Positions 43,516 to 53,778 of a stretch of DNA of 64,000 bases are shown piece by piece; position 1 is the stretch's first letter, and every line of letters starts with the position of its first letter. Made by a program: the position numbers and the translations under genes. The stretch is taken from the NCBI GenBank assembly GCA_015232855.1, contig JADFYW010000009.1, positions 4,882 through 68,881 on the forward strand. The letters are read 5' to 3'. The notes under the pieces are model-generated. The model had not been told where the DNA came from, did not search any database, and saw only the letters and a list, made by a program, of their open reading frames with translations. The DNA comes from Fibrobacteria bacterium. Its GTDB lineage: Bacteria > Fibrobacterota > Fibrobacteria > UBA11236 > JADFYW01.

Positions 43516-45864
43516 GTGTCAAAAAACCTCCTTTTCTTTTTTATCCAATTTACCCAGAAGTACCGAATACGGGTTAAATGGCTTTATGGTATTTTTTTGG
43601 TTCAACCCATTTTGTTCGGGGCCCTTTTTCATTTTTATAGTGCACTATTTTCTTTAGGAGCATTTATAATAAGTATGCTGTTTTTTTATGGTTTTAAGAA
43701 AAAACGCTTGATTACTCTTAGCTTTATCTTTGGAATATGGGTGCTTATTTTGCATATGCATTATCCCCATTCTCCCCATCTGGTGCCTCCAAATGTGCTT
43801 ACCGGAAAAATTCTTTCTTTTCCTTCTGGAGTTGGTAAAAAACGATTTATCATTAAAACCAAAGAATATGGACAAGGTGTCATAGAAGCGGATTCCCTTT
43901 CCCATGATTTTCTCCCCGGTGCTTTCATTCAGGTTTTAGGTAGCATAAAACCTTTATATCCTCCAACAAACCCCGGACAGTTTGATTATGGCAAGTATCT
44001 GGAATCGCAAAATATTGGCTGGCTCTATTCTGCAGACACTATTATCGGTTTACAACAGGCAAATTTGTACTGGCGGTTTATCCATCGGTTCAGAAATGTT
44101 TTGCAAACAAGTCTCCGTGAAACTATTGCGCCAGAAGCTTTACCGGTTATAGAAGCGGCCCTGCTCGGCTCAAGGAGTATGTTAACTCCAGAAACCAGAG
44201 AAAGCTTTGCTAACTCTGGTATGTTCCATTTGTTGGCTATTAGTGGCTTGCATGTAGGTGTAATAGCCCTTGTGCTCATTCAGCTTTTTTTGTTTTTTCG
44301 TGTTCCCAGAAAAGGAGCCTTATGCCTGGCAGGTATCCTGCTTCTCATATATATACCAGTGAGTGGTTCTTCTATCAGTGTGATTCGCTCTGTTATTATG
44401 TTCTGGTGCATCATCATTTCCACCCTATCAGAGCGCAGGCAGTTTACCATGAATAACCTTGCGGTCACCTGTACGCTCTGCTTGTTAGCCATGCCGTATC
44501 AAATTCTATCTTTAGGATTCCAACTATCCTTCACAGCTACTTTTTTTCTGCTTTATTATTCTGAAACTTTTTCACAGATACTGCAAAATTTGCCAATACG
44601 ATCTATTGTGGTTAAAAGCATGGTTTCTACTTTGTTGGTTGGTGTGTTATTATTTATGGCCACTTTTCCTTTTTTAGCTGCTCACATTCATCAGATATCT
44701 CCCCTGGCTATCATTGGTAACATACTGACTATTTTTCTTACTTCATTTATGGTTCTTACGGGTGTGCTTTCCATTTTGTTTCATGTTGTGCATTATCCTG
44801 GAGTCTGGATGGGTGAGACATGTTCAATATTTGCAGATGCTCTTTTGTATTCAGTTCGTACTTTAAGTGGTGTAAGTTGGAGTCATATTTTTCAGCAGGA
44901 ACTGTCCTGGCCAATTATTTGTGTTATCCTGGCCACCTTAATTATTTCCCCTTTTGCTTTTCAGAGCCATAAATTCCGTTTGGTCATTTTGAGCATGATT
45001 TTAGTAGTCTCTTTCTTTTTCGGCCTATCAGGTGTTAAACGTACAATCTATAATCCTGTGGAGATTACTTTTCTTGATGTAGGACAAGGGGATGCTCTTT
45101 TATGCCGACTTCCCGGAAATACGAACATATTAATTGATGCCGGGAATGGAAAACCCAATACCGGTTCTGGCAAATACACAATTCTGCCCTATTTAAAGTA
45201 TTGCGGTATTAATCGTCTTGACCTTGTAATTGTAACTCATGGGGATCTTGATCATTATGGCGGCCTTCATTACCTGGCTGGTCGTGTAAACATTGATAAG
45301 GTGATATATCCAGGAAATCAGACTCCGACGGAAAGGTGGCGGGGGACGATGCAGAAGCTAAAACAACACCAGGTTCCAGTGGAAATTATTAATTGTAATG
45401 ATACCCTTTTCCGTTCTGATGAAGTGTCACTTGTTGTATTAAGTCCTTGCTATGACGGGCAATTTGATGGGAGAAATAATAACTCGGTGGTTATGAAACT
45501 TTTACTTCACCGTAAAACGCTTTTGCTTACAGGTGATATAGAGCGTGAGGCGGAAGCATGGCTTATTTCACATTACAAAATGGATGTAGATATTTTAAAA
45601 GTATCCCATCATGGAAGTGCAGGTGCATCTTCAAACCAATTCTTAGCGTACTTTAAACCAGAAATTGCTTTAATCAGCGCAGGCAGGAATAATCGTTTCA
45701 AGATGCCTCATGAAGAGACGCTTAGGCGCCTTGAAAATCATAAGATTATTACTCTCTCAACACAGCAATTTGGAGCCATTCAGTTTACTTCTGACCGGTT
45801 CAGAGATTCCTGGAAGGTTTTTCTTCGTTCTCACGATATCGGGTCATTGGTACCGGAAAAGTAG
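43516..45864 (+). CDS. comEC: DNA internalisation competence protein ComEC/Rec2 (with metallo-beta-lactamase domain)
   Basis: Polytopic competence domain (SGMFHLLAISGLHVG) and C-terminal FLDVGQGDA..HGDLDHYGG..SHHGS. Confidence 0.85.
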   Translation: MSKNLLFFFIQFTQKYRIRVKWLYGIFLVQPILFGALFHFYSALFSLGAFIISMLFFYGFKKKRLITLSFIFGIWVLILHMHYPHSPHLVPPNVLTGKILSFPSGVGKKRFIIKTKEYGQGVIEADSLSHDFLPGAFIQVLGSIKPLYPPTNPGQFDYGKYLESQNIGWLYSADTIIGLQQANLYWRFIHRFRNVLQTSLRETIAPEALPVIEAALLGSRSMLTPETRESFANSGMFHLLAISGLHVGVIALVLIQLFLFFRVPRKGALCLAGILLLIYIPVSGSSISVIRSVIMFWCIIISTLSERRQFTMNNLAVTCTLCLLAMPYQILSLGFQLSFTATFFLLYYSETFSQILQNLPIRSIVVKSMVSTLLVGVLLFMATFPFLAAHIHQISPLAIIGNILTIFLTSFMVLTGVLSILFHVVHYPGVWMGETCSIFADALLYSVRTLSGVSWSHIFQQELSWPIICVILATLIISPFAFQSHKFRLVILSMILVVSFFFGLSGVKRTIYNPVEITFLDVGQGDALLCRLPGNTNILIDAGNGKPNTGSGKYTILPYLKYCGINRLDLVIVTHGDLDHYGGLHYLAGRVNIDKVIYPGNQTPTERWRGTMQKLKQHQVPVEIINCNDTLFRSDEVSLVVLSPCYDGQFDGRNNNSVVMKLLLHRKTLLLTGDIEREAEAWLISHYKMDVDILKVSHHGSAGASSNQFLAYFKPEIALISAGRNNRFKMPHEETLRRLENHKIITLSTQQFGAIQFTSDRFRDSWKVFLRSHDIGSLVPEK

Positions 45865-45915
45865 TAAAGCAGATTTTTTTGATTCTTAACGAAATTTTAT
45901 ACATTTCCACGTTAT

Positions 45916-46422
45916 ATGAGTTTTGATGATCATACTGACAACGAATTTATAAAAAAGGTATATGATGATACCTCCATTTCCCGTATTCCCATTTCGGGTA
46001 TAGTAAAAGGTTACCATATATTGCCATATATTCTTGTGGGTCCCAATAAGTCTGTGGATACCGGTTCTGTAAAACTGTCTGGAGAAATTACCGTTAGCCC
46101 CAAACTTATTCTGTCTTTGAATGCTCTGGAAGAAAAATTTGAAGAGATTTTTGATGAGCCGGAGCCCTTTATGGATAAAAGCCTGGTTTCCCGGTCTTTT
46201 TCTTTCAAGTTACTGCAGAAAGAAAATAAAAAAGTACAAAATGATAATATGAGTATTGAACGTACTCAGATTCCGGATAAAGAACTCCTTGAAAATGTGC
46301 TCGATGAGCTTGATAAAAAAGAAACGTTAAATACAGGAGTAATCTGGAGCCCCCATCCTAATTTTTATCCGGTAAGTCTCGAAAAATTTATTGTGTCAAT
46401 ACTTGATAAAGAATTCAAGTAA
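45916..46422 (+). CDS. Hypothetical protein (168 aa)
   Basis: A clean ORF directly after comEC. I recognise no family. Confidence 0.3.
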   Translation: MSFDDHTDNEFIKKVYDDTSISRIPISGIVKGYHILPYILVGPNKSVDTGSVKLSGEITVSPKLILSLNALEEKFEEIFDEPEPFMDKSLVSRSFSFKLLQKENKKVQNDNMSIERTQIPDKELLENVLDELDKKETLNTGVIWSPHPNFYPVSLEKFIVSILDKEFK

Positions 46423-46436
46423 TTACAGATCGCCCG

Positions 46437-47570
46437 TTAAGCTCTCTTTAAGAGATTTCTAGCTCGTTCCCACCAGAATGGAAAGCGGGTGTCTTTTTTA
46501 AATTGCGGAGAAAGCCTGGAAAAAGCTTTGGCAGCCTCTTTTTCTTTGCCCAGTGCTTGGTTTAAACTAATAAGATATACGAGTCCCATTACCAAATCCC
46601 GGGTTAAATGCCCCGACTGATTATCGATGATATCAGTGGCCCATACATGAGCTGTGGTATAAGCGTTTTCCCGTTCAGAATCGGTTTCGGCAAACTTTGC
46701 AAGCATGACATTTGCGTGCACTACTTCAATGGCATCAATTGATTTTTTATCTTTGGATATATCACGTATAGTCTGATCATACAATTGCCAGGCCAAATAA
46801 CCAGCGCGTTGTTCCCGGGGAAGGGTGAAAAAAGTTTTACTGTTCCCTCTCTGGTGATCAGAAAGGAGCTTGGGACGGGATGATATCTTTTTGGTAATGA
46901 AGTCTTTTTCTTCATTGGTTAGTGAAGATGGGACCATTCCTTCGGGTACGGTCACTATGAAGTGATCAAGCCGACGGGAGGCAAAATAACAATTGTGGCA
47001 AACTGCAATTTCATAAATTTCATAATCCATTTCATTTTCACGATCTTCTTTCAGACGCCATTGGGGGGTTATATTGTTGTCTTCCCATTTAAGCTCATGC
47101 ATTTCTTCATCACATAAATAACCAGTAACTTCGTTTGCTTCACAAAAGGGACAAATTAAAGAAAGTCTTCGAATCGCATCAGAACCCGTTGCAAGGTCAA
47201 AGTATTTGCGTCTTGTTTCTTCTTGATGATGTGTAAATGAGGCCTCAAATTTTTCAAGATTGTTGAATAATTGAATGGTATCTGGAGTTATCTGTGCTTC
47301 CCAATTTTGATGTTCCTTTTCATCCAGACCAAAAACAGAAGTTTTACGACCTTGTTTTGCCAGGTTTTTGTACACATTCTGAATTAATTTGAATCCCACA
47401 GCATTAATTGAGGGTACTCCGGACAAATCGAGACAGAGATTATAATCTTCATTCTGAATAAAATTCAGAAGCGGTTTTTTTAGTTCCAGTCCAGCCTGAG
47501 TATCAAGTGAGCCCGTTAAAGAAAAAACCCGATAATCTTTTTTTCTGCTTGTTTTTATATCAATTGGCAT
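46437..47570 (-). CDS. STAS domain fused to a DUF2225-like zinc-ribbon/helical domain
   Basis: I chose the ATG at 47570; the ORF track extends to a TTG at 47615. The STAS-like region is YRVFSLTGSLDTQAGLELKKPL..LCLDLSGVPSINAVGFKLI. It is followed by CPFC..(about 40 aa)..CHNC and a helical C-terminus, as in DUF2225. Confidence 0.5.
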   Translation of the reverse strand: MPIDIKTSRKKDYRVFSLTGSLDTQAGLELKKPLLNFIQNEDYNLCLDLSGVPSINAVGFKLIQNVYKNLAKQGRKTSVFGLDEKEHQNWEAQITPDTIQLFNNLEKFEASFTHHQEETRRKYFDLATGSDAIRRLSLICPFCEANEVTGYLCDEEMHELKWEDNNITPQWRLKEDRENEMDYEIYEIAVCHNCYFASRRLDHFIVTVPEGMVPSSLTNEEKDFITKKISSRPKLLSDHQRGNSKTFFTLPREQRAGYLAWQLYDQTIRDISKDKKSIDAIEVVHANVMLAKFAETDSERENAYTTAHVWATDIIDNQSGHLTRDLVMGLVYLISLNQALGKEKEAAKAFSRLSPQFKKDTRFPFWWERARNLLKRA

Positions 47571-47699
47571 AGGAGAACCCCGCACTTTTTTTGCTCTTTT
47601 CAGTAATATAATCAAATTACCCGTAGTTTTTCAGCATTCTTAGTTTTTTCCTCAAGCCTTGGTTTTTATTATCTTTATTTAAACAAAGAGAGATTAAAA

Positions 47700-49280
47700 A
47701 TGCCACTGCCCCTACTTACCGCTCCTGAAATGAAGTTGGTTGAAAAACAGACAACTACTGAGACTGGTATAAGCGAGCTACAGATGATAACTCAGGCTGG
47801 TGCAGCTGTTTTTCGCTGTGCAAAACAGGTAACGGTAAAGTTGCCACATTCTGAGAAGAAAAACTGGATTATTATTTGTGGTAAAGGTCATAATGGGGCG
47901 GATGGTTTACAAGCAGCAATACTGGCTGCTGAACAGGATTATAAAATTACCTTGTACCAGATCTTTTCGGATAAGGGTTATAGTCCGGAAACAATACAGC
48001 TTCACCAACAGCTTAATCAGCAGGGAATAAAGGTTCATTTCTATAAAGATGCCTCTGAACTTCATCTCCCATATGACACCGCTTTGATTATTGAGGGATT
48101 GTTGGGGGCCGGAGTAACTAACCCTGCCAGGGGGCTTGTAGCAGAGAGTATTAAAAAAATAAATCAAAGCTCGGTGCCAGTTTTGTCAATTGATATTCCT
48201 TCCGGGCTTTATACAGATGAAACAAATATTGAGCTTCATGTGAAACCCGTTGCTACAATCTCTTTTGGAACGCAAAAACTATCTTCTCTTTTTTATCCTT
48301 CTGCTGGTGAATTTGGAAAAACTTTTTTTGACAAGCTTTGTTTCCCGCCTTCTCTTACAACAAAACAACCCTCCCGTCTTTCTGTTTTCCAGAGTAGTGA
48401 TGCAGACGCCTCTTACCCCACAAGACCCTATGATGCCTACAAGTATTCTACTGGAAAGATACTTGTTATAGCGGGATCAAAAGGTATGCACGGAGCATCA
48501 ATACTTTGTTCCCGGGCCGCTCTTAATGCAGGTGCTGGCATGGTCAAACTCGTGGTTCCCGCTGCTATGCATAATGAGGTTTGTAACCATACTCTTGAAA
48601 TTATATCTCATGGGGCTGGTGACAAAAAACGCACGACACATTTTTCTCTTTTAGAAATAGAAGAATTGTTGGCGCATATTGAATGGGCAGATACGGTGTG
48701 TCTTGGTCCAGGGCTAGGCAGACATCCTGATACGATTGCATTTTTACTGGAATTGATACCTCAGATTTCGAAACCACTGGTAATTGATGGGGACGGGCTT
48801 CACTTTTTTTATCCGGAAGTTAATCCTCAAATTATCAAATTACAGCCGGAGAATCAGCATATTATAGTCACTCCCCATGCTGGGGAATATAAGCGGATGG
48901 GAGGCTTCTATCAGTATAATTGTCCGTTGGAACATATTAAAGGCGTACAAAACCTGGCCTCAAACAGGGGGGTCACCCTTTTACTGAAAGGTCCCACCAC
49001 GACAATCAGTGACGCCAAAGGACATGCCATAATTTGTCCGCCTGGTAACCCAGGGCTGGCCACAGCAGGTACGGGAGACGTCCTGGCTGGGGTTATAACG
49101 GCACTGGTACACCAGGCTGATACTATTACTGCGGCTTCTTTGGGTGTTTTTTTACATAATACCTCAGCCAATCTTGCCCAGGTGCTAACCGGTATATCGG
49201 GAATGACCGCCTCAGATGTACTTAATCACATTCCTCATGCCAGCAAACAAATAGAAGACCGCAAACAAGATTTCGCTTAA
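47700..49280 (+). CDS. nnr: Bifunctional NAD(P)H-hydrate repair enzyme Nnr (epimerase + ADP-dependent dehydratase)
   Basis: YjeF_N motif ICGKGHNGADG. The C-terminal carbohydrate-kinase part has GTGDVLAG. Confidence 0.85.
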   Translation: MPLPLLTAPEMKLVEKQTTTETGISELQMITQAGAAVFRCAKQVTVKLPHSEKKNWIIICGKGHNGADGLQAAILAAEQDYKITLYQIFSDKGYSPETIQLHQQLNQQGIKVHFYKDASELHLPYDTALIIEGLLGAGVTNPARGLVAESIKKINQSSVPVLSIDIPSGLYTDETNIELHVKPVATISFGTQKLSSLFYPSAGEFGKTFFDKLCFPPSLTTKQPSRLSVFQSSDADASYPTRPYDAYKYSTGKILVIAGSKGMHGASILCSRAALNAGAGMVKLVVPAAMHNEVCNHTLEIISHGAGDKKRTTHFSLLEIEELLAHIEWADTVCLGPGLGRHPDTIAFLLELIPQISKPLVIDGDGLHFFYPEVNPQIIKLQPENQHIIVTPHAGEYKRMGGFYQYNCPLEHIKGVQNLASNRGVTLLLKGPTTTISDAKGHAIICPPGNPGLATAGTGDVLAGVITALVHQADTITAASLGVFLHNTSANLAQVLTGISGMTASDVLNHIPHASKQIEDRKQDFA

Positions 49281-49281
49281 T

Positions 49282-50181
49282 ATGACAACATCCAATATAC
49301 CAATTCTCCGCTCTTTGGCGATAGTTGCCTATAAAGAAATTAAGTATGTTTCTCCGGCAATAGATTTCATTACTGACTGGGCGGCTAGTCGGCCAAATGT
49401 TCAAATTTTGGCTCACCCCAATCTCCATAAAATCGTTAAACCAGGCTTAGTGAAGACAAGCGAAAGGCAGATTAGAAGCCGTGCTGATATAGTATTATCC
49501 CTTGGAGGTGATGGTACCTTTCTGTCAAGTGCCCGATTGATGAGTGGCAGTACTACTCCCATTCTTGGTATTAACATGGGCCGTCTGGGATTCTTGTCAG
49601 ATGTTGCTCTTGAAAATTTGCGGGAGGCGCTGGATCTGATTGACCATGGTGAATATGATATTTCACAACGGATGATGTTAACCATAAAGGTGATGGATGG
49701 TCGAAAAAAGGTTTTTGAAGATCATGCGTTAAACGACGTTACGATTGCGGGTAAACAGGGTATGGAACTCATTGATCTTCGGGTTACCGTTAGCGGTGAG
49801 CATCTTACCTATTACTGGGGAGATGGCCTTTTGGTAAGTACTCCAACCGGTTCTACCGCATATAGTCTTTCTGCAGGTGGCCCCATTATCTATCCTACTT
49901 CTGAATTGTATTTACTTACACCGCTTAATCCCAAATCTTTGGCCATTCGCCCTATTATCCTTCCCGCGGATCATACTATAAAAGTGAACAGTGAAAATCC
50001 TCCCGGAAAACTGGTAAAAATGGTTATAGATGGACGGCATGAGTTTAAAATTTTACCCCGATATACTATTTTCATAAATAAACATAAGACCAGTGTCCAT
50101 ATTCTTCGTCTCAAAGGGTCCTCATACCATAAGTCCATCCATGATAAACTGGGCTGGAGCGGCCGGCATGAAATTAAGTAA
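49282..50181 (+). CDS. nadK: NAD kinase
   Basis: LGGDGTFL, NDVTI and TPTGSTAYSLSAGGPI. Confidence 0.9.
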   Translation: MTTSNIPILRSLAIVAYKEIKYVSPAIDFITDWAASRPNVQILAHPNLHKIVKPGLVKTSERQIRSRADIVLSLGGDGTFLSSARLMSGSTTPILGINMGRLGFLSDVALENLREALDLIDHGEYDISQRMMLTIKVMDGRKKVFEDHALNDVTIAGKQGMELIDLRVTVSGEHLTYYWGDGLLVSTPTGSTAYSLSAGGPIIYPTSELYLLTPLNPKSLAIRPIILPADHTIKVNSENPPGKLVKMVIDGRHEFKILPRYTIFINKHKTSVHILRLKGSSYHKSIHDKLGWSGRHEIK

Positions 50182-50189
50182 TTATTGTT

Positions 50190-51878
50190 ATGTTATCTGA
50201 ACTCACCATTAAAAACCTCGCCATTATTGACTTTCTCCATCTGGAATTTCCAGAGGGCCTGACGGTTATCAGTGGTGAAACCGGAGCCGGAAAATCCATT
50301 CTTATTAATGCGCTTAAATTTGTATCCGGTGATAAAATTAAACAGACACAAATCCGTAAAGATAAAGGAGGGCCTTCTGAGTTAAAAATAGAGGCCATTT
50401 TTGATACTCCAAAACCCTCACCTGCCAAGGATATATTACGGACATTACAGATTGATGAAAGTGAATCAGAACTGATTTTAGAACGACAAATCACCCCGGG
50501 GGGGAAAAACCGCTACCGGATAAACGGTCACATTGTACCCGGTGCAAAAATGGCAGAACTCAGCGGATTTTTACTGGATTTGCATGGGCAACATCAACAA
50601 CAATCTTTACTTAAGGCTTCAACGCATATTAATTACATAGATACCTTTGCCAAAAATGAGAAAAAACTTCAGCAAGTAAAAAATATATATGTTGAGTGGC
50701 GTGATTATTTGCGGCTCCTGGCCTCAAAAGAAAGGGAAGTCCATAATACAAAAGAAATGTTTGATTTTTACTCCTTCCAGTTTAATGAACTGGATGGAGC
50801 TCACTTAGAGGAAGGGGAAGAAGAACATCTGGAGGAAAAGCTGAAGGCATTATCCGGCCTGGAAAAAACCGTTGAAAGCCTGGAAGTAAGCCTTGGGATT
50901 CTCGACAATGAGCCAAATGGGATTTTACGCAATCTTACCCAACTTAAAACCCGATTGACCTATCTTGAAAATAAAATAAGCAGCTTTGTTGGTCTGAGTG
51001 ATAAAATTTCTCTGATACAAGCAGAGCTGAAAGAAATTCTACATCGTTTGGGGGGGTACGAGACTCCCCAGGCCCTTTCTGCTTCTGAAATTGACGGACT
51101 CAATGCCAGGCTGGCACAGCTTCAGCGGCTTAAAGCAAAATATAAAACAGATATTAAAGGACTTATATTTCTCAAAGAAGAACGGAAAAAAGCCCTGGAT
51201 GACCTGGAAAATTTTTCATCTGATTATGAGGATTTAAAACATAAAGCCCAGGACTTGTTTCACGCACTTATGAAAAAGGCCGAGGTGTTGAGTTCACAAC
51301 GAAAAAAAGCAGGGAAAAAATTTGAGCAGGAAGTTCAAAACTACCTGGATAAAATAGGAATGACTGGAAGTCGTTTTCACTGCAAATGGGAAAGCATAAA
51401 AGCTGATGCCTTTGACTCCCATTCTCTGCATCAAAATGGAATTGATACATTGGAATTTTTATTTTCGGCTAATGCAGGTGAAGAACCCGCTCCTCTGGGT
51501 ACCATTGCCTCAGGTGGAGAATCATCCAGAGTTATGCTGGCCATAAAAGCTGTGTTGGCAGAAAATGCGGTTGTTCCTTTTATGGTGTTTGATGAAATTG
51601 ATACTGGTATTGGTGGTGAAACCGCTAACTACCTGGGTGAATTACTGAGACAGCTCTCCCAGCATCACCAAATTATTGTAATTACTCACTTACCGCAAAT
51701 AGCTGCTTTTGCCTCACACCAAATTAAAGTATATAAAGAAATATCCGGTGGCCGTACGGTTACCAAAGTGAAAGCTCTTAGTGCGAATGAGCGTATCAAA
51801 GAACTGGCGAGAATGATAGGGGATGAATCTTCAGAATCTTCCCTTGAACATGCCAAAGTCCTGTTGACCCAGAAATAG
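50190..51878 (+). CDS. recN: DNA repair protein RecN
   Basis: MLSELTIKNLAIID..GETGAGKSIL, a long coiled coil, and the C-terminal FDEIDTGIGG signature. The nadK-recN linkage is widely conserved. Confidence 0.9.
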   Translation: MLSELTIKNLAIIDFLHLEFPEGLTVISGETGAGKSILINALKFVSGDKIKQTQIRKDKGGPSELKIEAIFDTPKPSPAKDILRTLQIDESESELILERQITPGGKNRYRINGHIVPGAKMAELSGFLLDLHGQHQQQSLLKASTHINYIDTFAKNEKKLQQVKNIYVEWRDYLRLLASKEREVHNTKEMFDFYSFQFNELDGAHLEEGEEEHLEEKLKALSGLEKTVESLEVSLGILDNEPNGILRNLTQLKTRLTYLENKISSFVGLSDKISLIQAELKEILHRLGGYETPQALSASEIDGLNARLAQLQRLKAKYKTDIKGLIFLKEERKKALDDLENFSSDYEDLKHKAQDLFHALMKKAEVLSSQRKKAGKKFEQEVQNYLDKIGMTGSRFHCKWESIKADAFDSHSLHQNGIDTLEFLFSANAGEEPAPLGTIASGGESSRVMLAIKAVLAENAVVPFMVFDEIDTGIGGETANYLGELLRQLSQHHQIIVITHLPQIAAFASHQIKVYKEISGGRTVTKVKALSANERIKELARMIGDESSESSLEHAKVLLTQK

Positions 51879-51955
51879 TTTTTGCCCTCATGCTTTTTTA
51901 ATTTGCAGTCTCAGGGCTGGCTATTGGCAGTGGTAAAATTTATCTTAATAACCAA

Positions 51956-53191
51956 ATGGAAGAAGAAGCTCCTCAATCAGAACTAAAGCTTGAACCTCAA
52001 CGAAAAGAGGGGCGGGTCTGGTTTTCCTTAAAGCTGACTAATTTTCTGGCAGCAATTAGCTGTCTTGTGCTGGATTACAACAAAACAGCTGTTCTCTTAT
52101 TGCTTTTATCTCTTTTGATGGGCTTATATACTTCTTTTAAAATAAGACAGGAAGATATTGAAAAGCTTGTACAAAAATTCTGGTTTGGCCTTACGGAGAA
52201 GGGCCTCGTTAATATTATTTTTTTGATGCTTTTCCTGAGAATCCTCTGGCGTCCCTTTCATGATTTTCCCACCATTCTGTGTTTGGGACTTATTACCATC
52301 ACTTTGCGGAACCTGTTCTATCTTGCTTTTTCAGTAAGCTTATTAAAAGAAGAGAAGGCACTGCCGCTTAATTCGATTTGGGGAAAAATTACCACTCTCT
52401 CTCTTAACATTACCATGTTACTTTATGCACTGAGGGTCGAAAAACTTCCTTTGAAAGTCTGGAAAATCCAAAAGGATATCCAAAATTTTTCAAATATATT
52501 TATGGTGATCTCCCTCCTCCTGATTTTTGCTACGAGCCTTGGCTATCTCTATTTTTACTACCGGGACCCTGACCATCGTAAACCTTTCTCAGTTGCTTCC
52601 CAGCTTACATTCAGCCGCATTATTTTAAGTCCTGTGTTTATCTGGGTTTTCTTCTACGATAATAATCTTACTTATCAGGATAATAATCTGATTTTCAAAT
52701 TTCTTGCTCTATTCATGGTGATTTCCTTTGCCATTAGTGACGGTTTGGATGGTCATCTCGCCCGCAAATTTGGGCAGGTATCCAAGCTTGGAAAATATCT
52801 GGATCCTTTTTCGGATAAAATTTCAACCATGAGTATTTTTCTTTGTTTCCTTGCTTCAGATTATGCAAATGTCTGGATGATAGCGCTTATTTATTTTCGA
52901 GAAGCTACTATTGAGACGCTGCGCACCCTGGCAGCGGGAGAAAATGTGGTGCTTGATGCCCGCCGTAGCGGAAAATGGAAAACTGCGATACAGTTAACGG
53001 TTATTATCACCATCCTCATAGGAGCAATAGCGGATACTATTATCATGCGTTATTGGCCCGATATTCCCCACTGGCCACAGGTTTGGAATTGGATCCCTTA
53101 CACATTGATGTATATAGTTGCTCTGGTTACTATCTTGTCAGGCGTGGACTATATTATAGGAAATTTGAAAGTCCTCAAACGCTATATCTAA
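51956..53191 (+). CDS. CDP-alcohol phosphatidyltransferase family protein (PgsA-like) with ~220-aa N-terminal polytopic extension
   Basis: DGLDGHLARKFGQVSKLGKYLDPFSDK is the D-G-x2-A-R-x8-G-x3-D-x3-D motif and sits in the C-terminal half. The N-terminal half is an additional set of TM helices. Confidence 0.7.
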   Translation: MEEEAPQSELKLEPQRKEGRVWFSLKLTNFLAAISCLVLDYNKTAVLLLLLSLLMGLYTSFKIRQEDIEKLVQKFWFGLTEKGLVNIIFLMLFLRILWRPFHDFPTILCLGLITITLRNLFYLAFSVSLLKEEKALPLNSIWGKITTLSLNITMLLYALRVEKLPLKVWKIQKDIQNFSNIFMVISLLLIFATSLGYLYFYYRDPDHRKPFSVASQLTFSRIILSPVFIWVFFYDNNLTYQDNNLIFKFLALFMVISFAISDGLDGHLARKFGQVSKLGKYLDPFSDKISTMSIFLCFLASDYANVWMIALIYFREATIETLRTLAAGENVVLDARRSGKWKTAIQLTVIITILIGAIADTIIMRYWPDIPHWPQVWNWIPYTLMYIVALVTILSGVDYIIGNLKVLKRYI

Positions 53192-53275
53192 TAGAAACAC
53201 GAAAAGGTTATGTGTCAAAGCAAAAATGTGTGATGCTTTTATTATTTTATAAGCTGCTTAAACCAAGGAGAGAAA

Positions 53276-53761
53276 ATGTCCCGATTTTTCTTAACCATAA
53301 ATACTATTACGTTTTTATCTCTTATGGTCTTTTTGTGTAGTTGTGAACTTGAAAAAGAAGAGAAGGAAAATAAGTTTTACAAAACGGTGAATGACAAAAA
53401 AGTACTGATACCCGGTTGCTGGTCAATGGATAAGGAGCCTGTTAAGGAACTCAAAAAACATTGCAAAGGAACTCTTCTGGAAATAGAAGATAATCTCTAT
53501 TTTAATCTTTACCATCATAACCTCTCAAGCTCTGGGCAGCTCTATATTATGACGGATGAGTCTGGCGACAATTGGCTTCAGTTTGATCATGATGGGTTAT
53601 CTCAAAATGAAAATTGCACTGATACTTCTGTGCATACAATGGATTATTTTGATAATATCAAATATTTTGATGTGGGCAGAAAAGAGTTCAAATTATTTTC
53701 TCTTAATACCTTTCCTGAGAACTTGCTCTATCACCTAAAGAAAATATCTTGTGGTGAATAA
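53276..53761 (+). CDS. Hypothetical lipoprotein
   Basis: Signal peptide plus a Cys cluster (VFLCSC). No family recognised. Confidence 0.35.
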   Translation: MSRFFLTINTITFLSLMVFLCSCELEKEEKENKFYKTVNDKKVLIPGCWSMDKEPVKELKKHCKGTLLEIEDNLYFNLYHHNLSSSGQLYIMTDESGDNWLQFDHDGLSQNENCTDTSVHTMDYFDNIKYFDVGRKEFKLFSLNTFPENLLYHLKKISCGE

Positions 53762-53778
53762 AACTTTTTTGGGAAGTG

